A stretch of DNA of 64,000 nucleotides from Centroscyllium fabricii (lineage: Eukaryota), in the NCBI GenBank assembly GCA_051313645.2, contig JBNRSN020000009.1, positions 129,704,001-129,768,000 on the forward strand, read 5' to 3'. This document shows, in pieces, positions 37,393 to 50,354 of the stretch. Position numbers and translations under genes: made by a program. Positions within the stretch are counted from its first letter, which is position 1, and each line of letters begins with the position of its first letter. The notes below the pieces were generated by a model. The model made no database searches, was not told the origin of the DNA, and was given only the letters and a program-made list of their open reading frames with translations.

Positions 37393-37648
37393 TTCTCCTT
37401 CTCCTCCTCCTTGTCTTTGTCCTGCTCCTCATCTTCCTCCTCCTTGTCTTCCTGCTCCTCCTCCTCCCCCTCCTCCCAGACTTCCTGCTTCTCGCCCTCC
37501 TCCACCCTCTCCTCATCTTCCTCCTCCTCGTCTTCCTGCTCCTCCTCCTCCCCCTCCTCCCAGTCTTCCTGCTCCTCACCCTCCTCCACCCTGTCCTTGT
37601 CTTCCTCCTTCTCCTTGTCTTCCTCCTCTACCTCCTCCTCTTCCTTGT
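37393..37648. repeat. (TCC)n-derived polypyrimidine low-complexity repeat
   Basis: Nearly pure C/T strand with a higher-order internal duplication. Confidence 0.9.
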
Positions 37649-38352
37649 TGTCAGCCTGACTCACAACCCCCTACCAGAAGAACTGGCTGGATCCCGATGT
37701 GGGGGTCACCACTCCATTCTGCGAATACCCTGCTGGATTTCATCCCAGTATTCAGAAGCCAGAGCTCTGGTCTCATGATCACCAGGGTGGCCTGTCCATT
37801 CCCGGAGTCCCAATCTCTCCGTCCTTAGCATTCAACTCCACCAATTTCAGTTTGTGCTTTGCGACAAGATGGCAGTTATCAACCAGCTTCAGCATTTACC
37901 AGCGGTACTGGGACACCCCATTGAATTGAGGTACCGCCCCCCAGCTGCATGTTTTGTGGGTACCTTACAGTCAGCAGATGGGGAGACTGTCACACCAACA
38001 GTCTGGGTGGAAGTTAAAGACCAGTGCATTAAAGCATTGTGCCACCAAATACTTATGTATTTGTTGTGCACAGAAATTGAGATCATCATGAAATGTTACC
38101 TATAGCCCCTGATGAATTGTGACAGATCCTCTGTATACTGCACTGCAGCACTGCAGCTCATAATGGCCACCACTTGATGTCGCTAGTGTATCCAGAAGCC
38201 AGCTGGCACTCTTGGTTGTGCTGTAACAGTCATTTTACCTCAGAACACTGTGACAGTCTCATGTTATTGGACCCATGGGGCCTCATAATCAATCGTATAA
38301 AAAAAAAATCAACTTTGTAACTCTAATTTTTTTAGTCTTAGTTGTAGTACGC

Positions 38353-38800
38353 AGTGTCAGCTGAGGCTCAGTGGGTAGCACTCTCACCCCTGAGTCAGAA
38401 GGTTGTAGGTTCAGGTCCCACTCCAGGGACTTGAGCACAAAAATCCAGGCTAACACTCCAGTGCAGTGCTGAGGTAGTGCTGCACTGTCGGAGGTGCCGT
38501 CTTTCGGATGAGAAGTTAAACCGAGTCCCCGTCTGCTCTCTCAGGTGGACGTAAAAGATCCCATGGCACCATTTCGCAGGAGAGCTGGGTGTCCTGGCCA
38601 TTATTTATCCTTCAATCAACATAACAAAAGCAGATGATCTGGTCATTAAAACATTGCTGTTTGACAGAGCTTGCTGTGCATAAATTGGCTGCTGCATTTC
38701 CCACATTACAACAGTGACTCCACTCCAAAAAGTGTTTAATTGGCTGTAAAGCGCATTGAGACGTCCGGTGGTCGTGAAAGGCGCTATATAAATGCAAGTC
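38353..38800 (+). mobile_element. Full-length DeuSINE (SacSINE1-like)
   Basis: tRNA-like head GGCTCAGTGGGTAGCA..GGTTCAGGTCCC, Deu-type core, GCGCTATATAAATGCAAG tail. Confidence 0.8.
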
Positions 38801-39062
38801 TGTCTTTCTTTTTTCTTTTACACAATAAAATACTTCAGCTTTTCATTCTGGCACATAACAAGAACGGTTTAATCAGTCCAAGGAGGGATTGTGTGCTTGT
38901 TTTGGGTATTGATGAAAGCAGAGAAAGTAAATGGCCTGGCAGATGTTGTAGGTTGGAATGTCTGTTCCTCCCTTACTGTTTACACAGAGACATTGAACAC
39001 TGGCGCTTACAGGCCGCATTTTGTAAAACAAGAGCTGACAGTCCGATTGTATTTCTCTACAG

Positions 39063-39151
39063 ACACTGGTGTGGTCCTCAAATCTATCTACGCTCCTAAA
39101 GCAAACCAGGAGGTAGAAGAGATCATTCTCGAAGAGTTGGAGGTATTTCAG
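39063..39151 (+). CDS. SEMA3: Class-3 semaphorin exon (89 bp)
   Basis: ctctacAG / GTAAGT boundaries. Reads DTGVVLKSIYAPKANQEVEEIILEELEVFQ. Confidence 0.95.
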
Positions 39152-39432
39152 GTAAGTGTGAATAATTACAGAGGTGACCGAATGGAACGAAGACCATATA
39201 AAGATATATCTTAAAGTAATAAATCACTTCCTATTCACTTCACTAACACAGAACATTGATCCAGATGCAATATTTTGAAAGGAGGAAGGATGAGAATGAC
39301 AGGTGACGTCAGATATGCAAACAAAACGATGGTCTTCGTGATGCAATGGGGTGAAATTGGTCCATGGCAGTAGCGCAAAATGGGCTCATTGCAAATCAGT
39401 AGCCTGCTTTACACCGTGCCCAATTTTCATTT

Positions 39433-40830
39433 GAAGAGTGAAAGGAGACCCAACCATGGTGAGGAAGAGTGAGGGACCCAGCAATGGTGAGGAAGAGTGA
39501 GGGGACCCAGCAATGGTGAGGAAGAGTGCGAGGACCCAGCCATGGTGCGGAAGAGTGAGTGACCCAGCCATGGTGAGGAAGAGTGTGGGGACCCAGCCAT
39601 GGTGAGGAAGATTGAAGGACCCAGCCATGGTGAGGAAGAGTGAGGAGACCCAGCCATGGTGAGGAAAGAGTGAGGGGACCCAGCCATGATGAGGAAGAGT
39701 GAGGAGAGACCCCGCCATGGTGAGGAAGAGTGAGGAGACCCAGCCATGGTGAGGAAGAGTGAGGAGACCCAGCCATGGTGAGGAAGAGTGAGGAGAGACC
39801 CCACCATGGTGAGGAAGGGTGAGGGGACCCAGCCATGGTGAGGAAGAGTGAGGAGAGACCCCGCCATGGTGAGGAAGGGTGAGGGGACCCAGCCATGGTG
39901 AGGAAGAGTGAGGGGACCCAGCCATGGTGAGGAAGAGTGAGGGGAGACCCAGCCATGGTGAGGAAGAGTGAGGAGACCCAGCCATGATGAGGAAGAGTGA
40001 GGAGACCCAGCCATGGTGAGGAAAGAGTGAGGAGAGACCAAACAATGGTGAGGAAGAGTGAGGGGACACCGCCATGGTGAGGAAGAGTGAAGGACCCAGC
40101 CATGGTGAGGAAGAGTGAGGGGAGACCCAGCCATGGTGAGGAAGAGTGAGGAGACCCAGCCATGGTGAGGAAGAGTGAGGAGACCCAGCCATGGTGAGGA
40201 AAGAGTGAGGGGACCCAGCCATGGTGAGGAAGAGTGAGGAGAGACCAAACAATGGTGAGGAAGAGTGAGGGGACACCGCCATGGTGAGGAAGAGTGAAGG
40301 ACCCAGCCATAGTGAGGAAAGAGTGAGGGACCCAGCCATAGTGAGGAAAGAGTGAGGGGACCCAGCCATAGTGAGGAAAGAGTGAGGGGACCCAGCCATG
40401 GTGAGGAAGAGTGAGGGACCCAGCCATAGTGAGGAAAGAGTGAGGGGACCCAGCCATGGTGAGGAAGAGTGAGGGACCCAGCCATGGTGAGGAAGAGTGA
40501 GGGACCCAGCCATAGTGAGGAAGAGTGAAGGACCCAGCCATAGTGAGGAAAGAGTGAGGGGACCCAGCCATGGTGAGGAAGAGTGAGGGACCCAGCCATA
40601 GTGAGGAAAGAGTGAGGGGACCCAGCCATGGTGAGGAAGAGTGAGGGACCCAGCCATGGTGAGGAAGAGTGAGGGACCCAGCCATGGTGAGGAAGAGTGA
40701 GGGACCCAGCCATGATGCGGAAGAGTGAGGGGACCCAGCCATGGTGAGGAAGAGTGAGGGACCCAGCCATGGTGAGGAAGAGTGAGGAACCCAGCCATGA
40801 TGCGGAAGAGTGAGGGGACCCAGCCATGAT
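39433..40830. repeat. Minisatellite, ~29-32-bp unit, about 45 copies
   Basis: Unit GACCCAGCCATGGTGAGGAAGAGTGAGG(G/GA). Confidence 0.96.
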
Positions 40831-41597
40831 GGGGAACATAACAATAAGAGCAGAAGAAATGGGAGCAGGAGTAGGACATACGGCCCCTCGAGCCTGCTCA
40901 TCATTCAACAAGATCATGGCTGATCTTCTACCTCAACTCAACTTTCCCACCATATCCCTTGATTCCCTCAGTGTCCGAAAATCTATTGACCTCTGTCTTG
41001 AATATACTCAACGGCTGAGCCTCCACAGCCCTCTGGGGTAGAGGATTCTAAAGATTCACCACCCTCTGAGTGAATAAATTCTCCTCATCTCAGTCTCAAA
41101 TGGCTGACCCCTTATCCTGAGACTATGCCCATTTAGTTTTAGACTCTTCATCCAAGGGAAACAGCCTCTCAACATCTAGAGAGAGAGAAACAGAGCTAAC
41201 AATTCATGTCGATGACTTTTCGTCAAAATGTTCTGGTGGAAGGTTATCAACCTGAACCGTTAACTCTCTTTCTCTCACCACAGATGCTGCCTGACCTGCT
41301 GAGTATATCAATCATTTTCTTGTTTTTATTTCGGATTTCCAGCATCCGCAGTATTTTGCTTTTGATTTTCGCAGCATCTACCCTGTAAAAATGCTATATG
41401 TTTCAATAAGATCACCTCTCATTCTTCTAAACTTCAGAGAATATAGGCCCATTCTACTCAATCTCTCCTCATAGGACAACCCTCTCATCCCAGAGATCAA
41501 TCTAGTGAACCTCTGTCTGTCTCTGCTAAGGTGAGATGTGGGAGATATCGGATTTCTCCCTTCGTCCCATATGTGCGTTCTTTAGGCCAGTCTCTCT

Positions 41598-41725
41598 GTC
41601 GCCTGACGAAGGGGCAAAAGCTCCGAAAACTTGTGATTTAAAATAAAACTGTTGGACTATAATCTGGTGTTGTGTGACTTCTTGCATTTGTCCACCCCAG
41701 TCCAACACCGGCACCTCCACATCAT
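41598..41725 (+). mobile_element. Penelope-like terminal repeat with hammerhead-like core
   Basis: CTGACGA-A-GGGGC-AAAA-GCTCC-GAAA followed by AATAAA. Homologous to 49715-49835. Confidence 0.6.
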
Positions 41726-41954
41726 ACATAATTGCAGAAAGACGTCCTTACTCTTATACTCCAACTCCCTTGCAATAAAGGCTAACATACCATTTGCTTT
41801 CCTAATTTGCATGTTAACTTTCTGTGATTTGTGTACAAGGACCCCCAAATCCCTCTGCATACCAACATTTCCCAGTCTCTCACCTTTTAAAAACATTCTG
41901 CTTTTCTATTCTACCTACTAAAGTGGATAATTTCACATTTCCCCACATTATAAT

Positions 41955-42791
41955 GGGCCAGATTTTCCTCTGCTCCAGAGGAGCTGCACACGCACGGAGG
42001 GGGGTCCGAAATGCCCCGTGCGTGTGCAGCACGGGGGATGCCCATGAACGGGAATTTCCTCTGCTGAGGGAGAAGGGCCCTCAGCATCAAACGCAGGAGT
42101 GAGTTGCACCCAGAATTTGCAATCCAAAAGGGTGTTTTTGGAGAGTGATTCCGTGTGCAACTGGCTCACAAGCTGCACCCAGAAAAACTAGTAGTAAACT
42201 CGTGCGTGAGGGACAAGATTTAGTTACTAAAGCAGGTAAGTTAATTTTTTTACTTTAATTTTAATTTTTTACAGTTTTTGGGAGTAATGTGGCCAGATCG
42301 GTAGCATTAAATTTTTAAGTTAAAGTTTTTTTTTAAAAATTACAAATCCAATTTTAAGTTAATTTACCTGTTTCAAATCGCTAATTTTTAAAGTAAAATT
42401 TCTGAAATTTTTAACTATCTAGCTATTAAAAAATCTAAGAGGAAAAAATGGCAGACTTACCTTGCGTTTCTTCCTCTGAGAAGCTGCTCTGCCCGCGCTG
42501 CTCCCCGCCGAGTCTGTGAATGCAGCTCCGCACTTCCCTGTTCTCACAAATGTCCGACTCGGGATCTGTGCGCATTTTTTAATTTAAATTAGGGATCTGG
42601 GGGCGTTTTTTATTTAAATTTGGGATCTGTGGGCGGGGCATACACTGCGCACCTAGCGTGGCTGGACTGCCACGCAGCGCAGGAACGGGGAGGAAAGTCA
42701 GGGTGCAACTTCTGTGCGATGTTGGTGCGTGCGATAGGTGTCCGCAGGGTCCTAGCGCACGCACTAACCTGCACAGAGGAAAACCTGGCCC
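41955..42791. mobile_element. PIF/Harbinger-like MITE
   Basis: 18-bp TIRs GGGCCAG(A/G)TTTTCCTCTG, flanks AAT/ATT. Splits a CR1 sequence cleanly. Confidence 0.78.
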
Positions 42792-44039
42792 ATTCCATCT
42801 GCCACTTTCTTGCCCACTCACTTAACCGATCTATATCCCTTTGCAAACTCTTTGCATTCTCCTCACATCCTCCTCCTCCTCCAAGAGGAGGCTCCGCCAT
42901 ACTGCGTAAGGGTGTGCAGAGGTCCAGCCATGGTGGGCAGGCAATGTGCAGAGGCACAGCAGTCTTGAGGAGATGCTAAGACGGAGCTCAGCTGGTGTGA
43001 GAGACACTGAGACTGAGAAACGGGAGGGTCATATCATATGGCCGTCGCAGTCCAGATTGATGTCGCCACTTGGCTTAGGTAGCAGAGAGATTGGGTCATC
43101 CTTGGAGCTGCATCAACCAATCACTGCCTTCAGGAGAGATGGAGACAACATTTGGTGGCGTTGTGGGGGTGAGGGGGTGGGGCGGCAGGAGGAAGAATTT
43201 CAGATTCATTGTTTTAAGTAACAAAGGAATCTCAGTTAATGGAGATACAATTCAAAGGAGCTGTATATTTAGACAGCATGAAGAATTCCTGATCCCGGCA
43301 CGAACCTAATAAGGATATTTCTTGGCAAGCCACATGCATTTATGAGGTTTCAGTCAAGCAACCCTAGATGTGAGTGCGCTTGCCGTGGGTTTTAGCACTC
43401 CAGGGACTACTTTGGCATGAGATGTAACAGAAAATCCAAACTAGACCCTGCTGTGCTAAAAACTACATGAATGCCACCCACTGAATTATTATTGCCTGGA
43501 GATTAGACAGAATACAAGCTATTATCAAGAGCCTTTTTTTAAATATTACATATTTTAAATGTATTTTCTGTCGCTGTGTGTGTGATCCTTCTCCCGAACT
43601 CTTACACACAACTCTAAAGCATGAAAACGAAACATTTGACTGACTGACTAAAACCCAAACAAGCAGTGAATGATTTGTGGTGCTGCTTAGTCAACTAGAA
43701 GCCTGCTATAGGCCGAGTGGCCGTCTAATTGAAAGGAGACCCAGATTACAATAGTGTGTGTGGTAAACCACTGTATTGTATATATTGTATTATAGTTCAC
43801 TATACCTGTCTGCATGTAACCTGCCTGGGCATGCCCCTACTGACTCCGCCTGTGGCTCCTCCCCCGGACCCAGGTATAAGGCTGGCCGTCTCCCAACCCC
43901 ACTTCAGTCTTGGACCAGTCGATCAGCAGAGGTATGCTCCTGTTCTTTAGCTAACAAAAGCCTATCAATTATTCACATAACTTCTAGTCTATTGAGATCA
44001 TTGATAGCGCATCAATTTTATTAGCTAATTTTTTTTACC

Positions 44040-47000
44040 ATGGAGCAAATCTTGAAACCTGCAACGCTAGAGCTGGATCCCCAATCGCCAGATGCTGCTG
44101 ATACTTTTCAGCACTGGCTGAACTGCTTCGAAGCGTTCCTTCATGCCTCCAGCACGACTGTTCGAACCGACGCCGACAAACTGCTGGTCCTCTACTCCTG
44201 GGTGGGCCCTCGAGTGTACTCGCGAATCAGAGACGCTATGTCGTACAACGAAGCGATCAGACTTTTAAAAGTCCAGTATACCAAGAAAGTCAATATGGTC
44301 TACAACAGGCACCTCCTGGCTACCCGCAGGCAACAACCTGGGGAGTCGAGTGACGAATACCTGCAGGCGCTGACCTGTGACTGTAAAGCCGTGACGGTCA
44401 TAGCGCACACGGAGGCCCTGATCAGAGACGCCTATGTCGCCAGCATCAGGTCCGACTGTGTCCGACAAAGACTGCTGGAACAGGGTGGGCTCGACCTACA
44501 AAAGACGATGGAGCTCGCTGACTCGTTAGACGTGGCCCTCCGGAACATGGACGCCTACTCCCCTGACCATGCGACCGCCTCGTGGATGTCGTGGGCACCG
44601 CCATCTTGGGACTCGGGAAGGCCGCAGGCCTGCGCCACACTGCCACCGCTGCAACCCACCAGCGACCTGACTACAGCTGCGATATCGAGCGGCCCGACGT
44701 GTTACTTTTGCGGCCAGGCCAAACACCCCAGACAACGCTGGCGGCGAAGGACACGATCTGCTCCGCATGCGGTAAGAATGGGCACTACGCCAAGGTGTGC
44801 AGAGCCAAACCGGCCCCCAAATCCAGCAGTGCTGCGTGGGGGCCGCCATCTTGGACGCCGCCAGCCGCGTGTGAGCCATGCTGGCCGGCATCTTGGGACC
44901 GGGCCCCCGACCTCCCCACCGCCTCAACGGAGTACGACAGCGACTCATCGCACCCAACGCTGGCCTCCATCACCCTGGACCAATCCAGGCCTCACCAACT
45001 CGCCAGATCAATGATGGCCATTAAGGTAAACGGCCGCGCGACGAACTGCCTATTCGACTACGGGAGCACGGAGAGCTTCATCCACCCGGACACGGTGCGG
45101 CGCTACTCCCTGTCGGTATCGCCAGCAAGCCAAAAGATTTCGATGGCTTCAAAGTCCCATACGGCAAATGTCTGCGGCTACTGCGTGGTGACCCTGACTG
45201 TGCGGGGCACAGAATATAAGAACTTTAAACTCCTTGTGCTGCCACAGCTCTGCGCTGCCGTGCTACTGGGGCTCAACTTCCAATGTCACCTTAACAGCGT
45301 GACAATGGAGTACGATTGGCCCCTTCCTCCCCTCACTGTCTGCAGCCAGCAGTTTTTAAATCGTCCGCCGCGCACCAGCCACAGCCCCTCAGTCCCTCCC
45401 CCTGCTGCCTACAGCCAGCAGCCTTTAAATCGCTCACCGCGCATGATCTGCAGCCTCTCGACGCTTAAAGTCACCCCTCCCCCGCTGTTCACTAACCTCA
45501 CCCCAGACTGTAAGCTAGTCGCCACCAAGAGTAGGCGGTACAGTATCAGGGACAGAAACTTTATCAAGTTAGAGGTACAGTGGCTCCTGAAGGAGGGGAT
45601 CATCAAGGCTAGCACCAGCCCCTGGAGAGCTCAAGTGGTGGTGGTCAAGACTGGTGAGAAGCACCGCATGGTCATTGACTATAGTCAGACCATCAACCGA
45701 TATACGCAGCTGGACGCGTACCCCCTTCCCCGCATATCTGACATGGTCAATCAGATTGTACAATATCGGGTGTTCTCCACCATCGATTTAAAGTCTGCAT
45801 ACCACCAGCTCCCTATCCACCCGGAGGACCGCCAATATACTGCCTTCGAGGCAGATGGCCGCCTCTATCACTTCCTTCGGATCCCCTTCGGCGTCACAAA
45901 TGGGGTCTCGGTCTTCCAGCGGGAGATGGACCGAATGGTTGACCAGAACGGACTGCGGGCCATATTCCCGTATCTGGATAATGTCACCATCTGCAGCCAT
46001 GACCAGCAGGACCATGACGCCAACCTCCAGAAATTCCTCCACACCGCCAAGCTCCTAAACTTGATCTACAACAAGGAGAAATGTGTATTCCGCACAACCC
46101 GCCTCGCCATCCTTGGCTGTGTTGTGGAGAATGGGGTCATCGGTCCTGATCCCGACTGCATGCGCCCCCTCCTGGAGCTCCCCCTCCCCCACTGCCTCAA
46201 GGCCCTGAAGAGATGCCTGGGCTTCTTTTCGTATTACGCCCAGTGGGTCCCCAACCATGCGGACAAGGCCCGCCCCCTCATCAAGTCCACCTCCTTTCCC
46301 CTGACGGCAGAGGCCAGCCTGGCCTTCAGCGTTATTAAGGCAGACATTGCCAAGGCCGCAATGCACGCCGTGGACGAATCAACCCCGTTCCAGGTGGAGA
46401 GCGATGCATCCGATTTTGCCCTAGCCGCTACCCTTAACCAGGCGGGCAGACCCATGGCCTTCTTCTCACGCACCCTCCAGGGCACTGAAATTCGACACTC
46501 CTCAGTTGAGAAGGAGGCCCAGGCCATTGTGGAAGCTGTACGGCACTAGAGGCATTACCTGGCTGGTAGACGATTTACCCTGCTGACTGACCAACGTTCA
46601 GTTGCCTTTATGTTCAATAATAAGCAGCGGGGCAAAATCAAAAATGACAAGATATTGAGGTGGAGAATCGAACTCTCCACCTTTAGTTACGATATCTTGT
46701 ACCGGCCCGGGAAGCTCAACGAGCCCCCAGATGCCCGATCATGCGGTACATGTGCCAGCGCACAAGTAGACCGACTGTAGGCCCTCCACAACAACCTCTG
46801 CCACCTGGGGGTCACTGTGGTGTATGGACAACATACACCTATGTACCGATGATGCTAGACTCTACCTCGGCATCACCCCTCCATATCGCCCCGGTGCTAT
46901 ACGATGGCCTGTGCCTTTAAGGATGGTGCTGGGCACTGCATCATGTGATGTTACCAGGCTGCAGTACCCTTACCAGCCACTGTCGTGTGTATATAAGCTC

Positions 47001-48306
47001 GCATGTGTAGTTCCTGTTCAGTCTTCCATTAGTCCTCAGTCCTCGAGGGGTTCGCTATTAGTCCTGTACTAGACAAGGCTGTAAGCTAATGTAAATATGT
47101 TGGCGCGAGAAGCGCCACGGGTTAAGTTGTGATTTTACCATGCCAGTAAACATCACCCAGTTAGAACTTAACTTGAGTCTGTCGTCATTTGTCCTCCTTC
47201 TAACATTAAACGTAACAATGGCGATAGATTTAACAGTCACCAGGTTCTTCCACTTCATCAAGGCCCGCAACTTACCCTACTCCATCGAGGAGGTCAGGAC
47301 CATGACCAGGAACTGCCAGGTCTGCGCGGAGTGCAAACGGCACTTCTATCGGCCAGACAGAGCACACCTGATAAAGGCCACCCGCCCTTTCGAGCGCCTC
47401 AGCGTCGACTTTAAAGGGCCTCCCCCTCCTCTGACCGCAACGCGTACTTCCTCAATGTCATTGAGTACTCACGTTTCCCGTTTGCCATCCCCTGTCCGGA
47501 CATGACCTCCGCCGCGGTCATTAAGGCCCTGCACAGCCTCTTCACCCTGTTCGGGTACCCCAGCTATATCCATAGCGACCGGGGCTCATCTTTTATGAGT
47601 GATGAGCTGCACCAGTACCTGCTCACCCAAGGCATCGCCAGGAGCAGGACTACCAGCTACAACCCCCAAGGGAACGGACAGGTTGAGAGGGAGAACGCGA
47701 CTGTCTGGAAGGCCGCCCTGCTAGCTCTGAAGTCTAGAGGCCTTCCTGTCTCCCACTGGAAGGACGTCCTCCCCGATGCGCTGCACTCCATCAGATTGCT
47801 CCTTTGTATGGCCACCAACGCTACCCCTCACGAAAAACTGTTTGTCTTCCCAGGAAGTCCGCCTCAGGGACCTCGCTGCCATCATGGCTGACGTCCCCGG
47901 GACCTGTCCTGTTCCGGAAGCACGTGAGGGGCCATAAGTCAGACCCCCTGGTCGAAAGGGTCCACCTCCCCATGCCAACCCTCAATACGCCTACGTGGCG
48001 TTCCCTGACGGGCTGGAGGGCACGGTCTCCATCAGAGATCTGGCACCCTCAGGAGCCCCCGAGACCAACACAGCCCACCACCCCGCACCTTCACCCCCCA
48101 CCACTACCCACGCTGCATCAGTACTATGGTATGTTGTTCCAGCCCCTTTGGACAGCACGTGGCCACGCACCCACCAACTCGACGTGGCTGAGGACGACAC
48201 TCCGGTGCTCCAGACCGCCCAGGACTCAACACCAGAACCTGCACCACGACCGGCTCTACGACAGTCGCAGCGGTGGACCAGACCCCCCGAAAGACTCAAT
48301 TTATAG
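44040..48306 (+). pseudogene. gag-pol of provirus D with frameshifts, stops and a nested LTR
   Basis: Gag MEQILKP, CYFCG..H and CSACGKNGHYAKVC knuckles, protease LFDYGS, RT YLDN, RNase H SDASD, integrase VDFKG/HSDRG/VEREN. Confidence 0.9.
46816..47235. mobile_element. Solo LTR nested in the integrase of provirus D
   Basis: TGT...ACA termini, TSD GTCAC. The integrase sequence rejoins across it. Confidence 0.88.
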
Positions 48307-49190
48307 TGACTGTTGATCTGCTTCACCCCGCCAGACTCTTTTTTAAACAGGGGGTGAATGTGGTAAACCACTGTATTGTATATATTGTATTATAGTTCAC
48401 TATACCTGTCTGTATGTAACCTGCCTGGGCATGTCCCTGCTGACTCCGCCTGTGGCTCCTCCCCCAGACCCAGGTATAAGGCTGGCCCGTCTCCCAACCC
48501 CCACTCAGTCTGGGACCAGTCGATCAGCAGAGGTAAGCTCCTGTTCTTTAGCTAATAAAAGCCTATCGATTATTCTCATAGTTTCTAGTCTTTTGAGGTT
48601 ATTGATAGCGCATCATGTAGTAATAACACAAGGGGCTGTTTGTTTATTGATCAGCGTTAAAGAGGAAGAATATTCATCTTAAGTATCTCATATAGCCCAA
48701 ATACAATAAAGGGACATATCTGTACGCTTCCTGGGGCGTCTCGGTTTTCCTTCTTTTCCGTGCTTTTAAATTGCTGGTCAGAAAGAGCCTTTGGATAAGC
48801 CACTTGGTGTAAAGTCCCCTCTTCAGTGGCATCAGGAGTGGGTAGTTCTGACCATAGCCCTCTGTCCCCAGGGTATGGACAAAGAGGAACCTCGGAACAG
48901 GGGAGCATGGGGAGAAACAATATATATACAGGTTGAGCACCGTTAATCCGGCACGGGCGGGACCAGGCCCGTGCCGGGAAATGGAAAAAACCGGGAGAAC
49001 GAGTTTGGACACTGCGCATGCGCACCAGTCACAATGGCAGCGCGCATGCGCGCAACATTGGTATTGGCTGGCGCGCGCATGCGCAGATCGTCCAATATTG
49101 GCCGCCGCGAAGTTTTTTGATGGGCTCAGGCTTTTGTGGCGTTCCGTTTAGGTTTTAGGGCTGTCGGGCAGCAGTGAAAGGCCGGTCTTG

Positions 49191-49606
49191 CGGGGGGAGG
49201 CAGGAGGGTGGCGTGGCGTGGCGTGGCGCGGGGGAGGGGGGGGAGGAAGGCGCGGGTCCGGGGGGGGGGGAGGAAGGCGCGGGGCGGGGGGGGGGGGAGA
49301 AAGGCCGGGGGAGGGAGGAAGGCGCGGGGCGGGGGGGGGGGGGAGGAGGAGGAAGGCGCGGGGCGGGGGGGGGGGAGGAAGGCCCGGGGGGGCGGGGGGG
49401 AGGAAGGCGCGGGGCGGGGGGGGGAGGAAGGCGTGGGGCGGGGGGGGGGGGAGGAAGGCGCGGTGGGGGGGGAGGAAGGCGCGGGGGGGGGCGGGGGGGA
49501 GGAAGGCGCGGGGGGGGGCGGGGGGGAGGAAGGCGCGGGTCCGGGGGGGAGGAAGGCGCGGGTCCGGGGGGGGGGAAAGGAGGGTGGCGCGGGTCGGCGG
49601 GGGGGC
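49191..49606. repeat. G-rich minisatellite (GGAGGAAGGCGCGGGGC-Gn)
   Basis: About 14 units with long G runs. Confidence 0.88.
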
Positions 49607-49630
49607 AATTTATCCAATCCCGTTTTGCTC

Positions 49631-49838
49631 TGTAAGAGGTCACACGGCGCCAGGCTGTGGTCCAACGGTTTTAGTTGGGGTCACGGGCTTTCGGAGCGCC
49701 GCTTCCCCGTCAGGTGATGGGGGAGCGGCGCTCCGAAGGTCCGTGATTTCGAGTGGGACTTTTGGACTACAGCCTGGTGCTGTGTGGCTTCTTACAATTG
49801 TCCATCCCAGTCCAACACCAGCACCTCCACATCATGGC
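49631..49838. mobile_element. Penelope-like inverted terminal repeat hairpin
   Basis: About 82-bp arms at 49631-49712 and 49715-49796. Homologous to 41598-41725. Confidence 0.7.
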
Positions 49839-50354
49839 TTCAATTACAGTTATCGATAAAATAACCGGCGGCCGTATTGAATTATCTGCGCATGCGCTAA
49901 CCTTCCGGCGACGCATGCGCAGATTATTCAAAACACCCGCAGCTGTTTTGAATGATCTGCGCATGCGCTCGGCGCATGCGCAGATCGTTCGTTGAAGCCA
50001 CGATGTCGGCTGCCATTTTGCGCATGCGCAGTGCAGTCGGGGCAATTTGTGCCGGCAGACTGAAGCTGCCGGCTATTCGGTTACCGGATTAACGGTGCTC
50101 AACCAGTATTTTCTTAATTCACGGAATGTGGGCGTTGCTGGCAATGCCAGCATTCGTTGCCGATTCCTTGTTGAGCACATAATCTAGGCTGACACTCCAG
50201 GGCAGTACTGAGGGAGTGCTGCACTGTTGGAGGTGCCGTCCTTCAGATGAGGCATTAAACTAAAGCTCTGTCTGCCTGTTCTAATGGTACAGGCAGATGT
50301 TACAGAGCCATGGTGCTACTGATCCCCCAGTGTCCTGATCAATGTTCCTCCCTC

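Larger units (their letters stand above)
40836..42868 (-). mobile_element. Fragmented CR1 LINE interrupted by Penelope-type pieces and a MITE
   Basis: CR1 segments at about 40836-41178, 41370-41512, 41730-41954 and 42792-42868, in colinear order. Confidence 0.75.
43759..48615 (+). mobile_element. Full-length Gypsy provirus D (Mag-like, two zinc knuckles), degenerate
   Basis: LTRs at 43759-44014 and 48359-48615 (roughly 15-20 differences), PPT AACAGGGGGTGAA. The TSD is not clean. Confidence 0.93.
48929..50106. mobile_element. Tigger/pogo-like MITE carrying a G-rich minisatellite and a Penelope-type insertion
   Basis: TIR CAGGTTGAGCACCGTTAATCCGG, TA duplication. Related to 3917-4374 in the opposite orientation. 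Confidence 0.82.

Noticed and set aside
37260-37828. Acidic, Ser-rich or Pro-rich ORFs
   Set aside because: Low-complexity (TCC)n translation with no splice or homology support.
39386-40917. Three ~500-aa ORFs on the minus strand, and a regular array that might suggest CRISPR
   Set aside because: They are translations of a stop-free minisatellite. The units are contiguous with no unique spacers, there are no cas genes, and the context is a vertebrate intron.
43754-48620. A clean TSD for provirus D
   Set aside because: The flanks GTGTG and TGTAG do not match. This may be decay or recombination between copies, so no TSD is claimed.
49126-49859. Gly-Arg-rich and Pro-rich ORFs
   Set aside because: Artefacts of the G-rich array.
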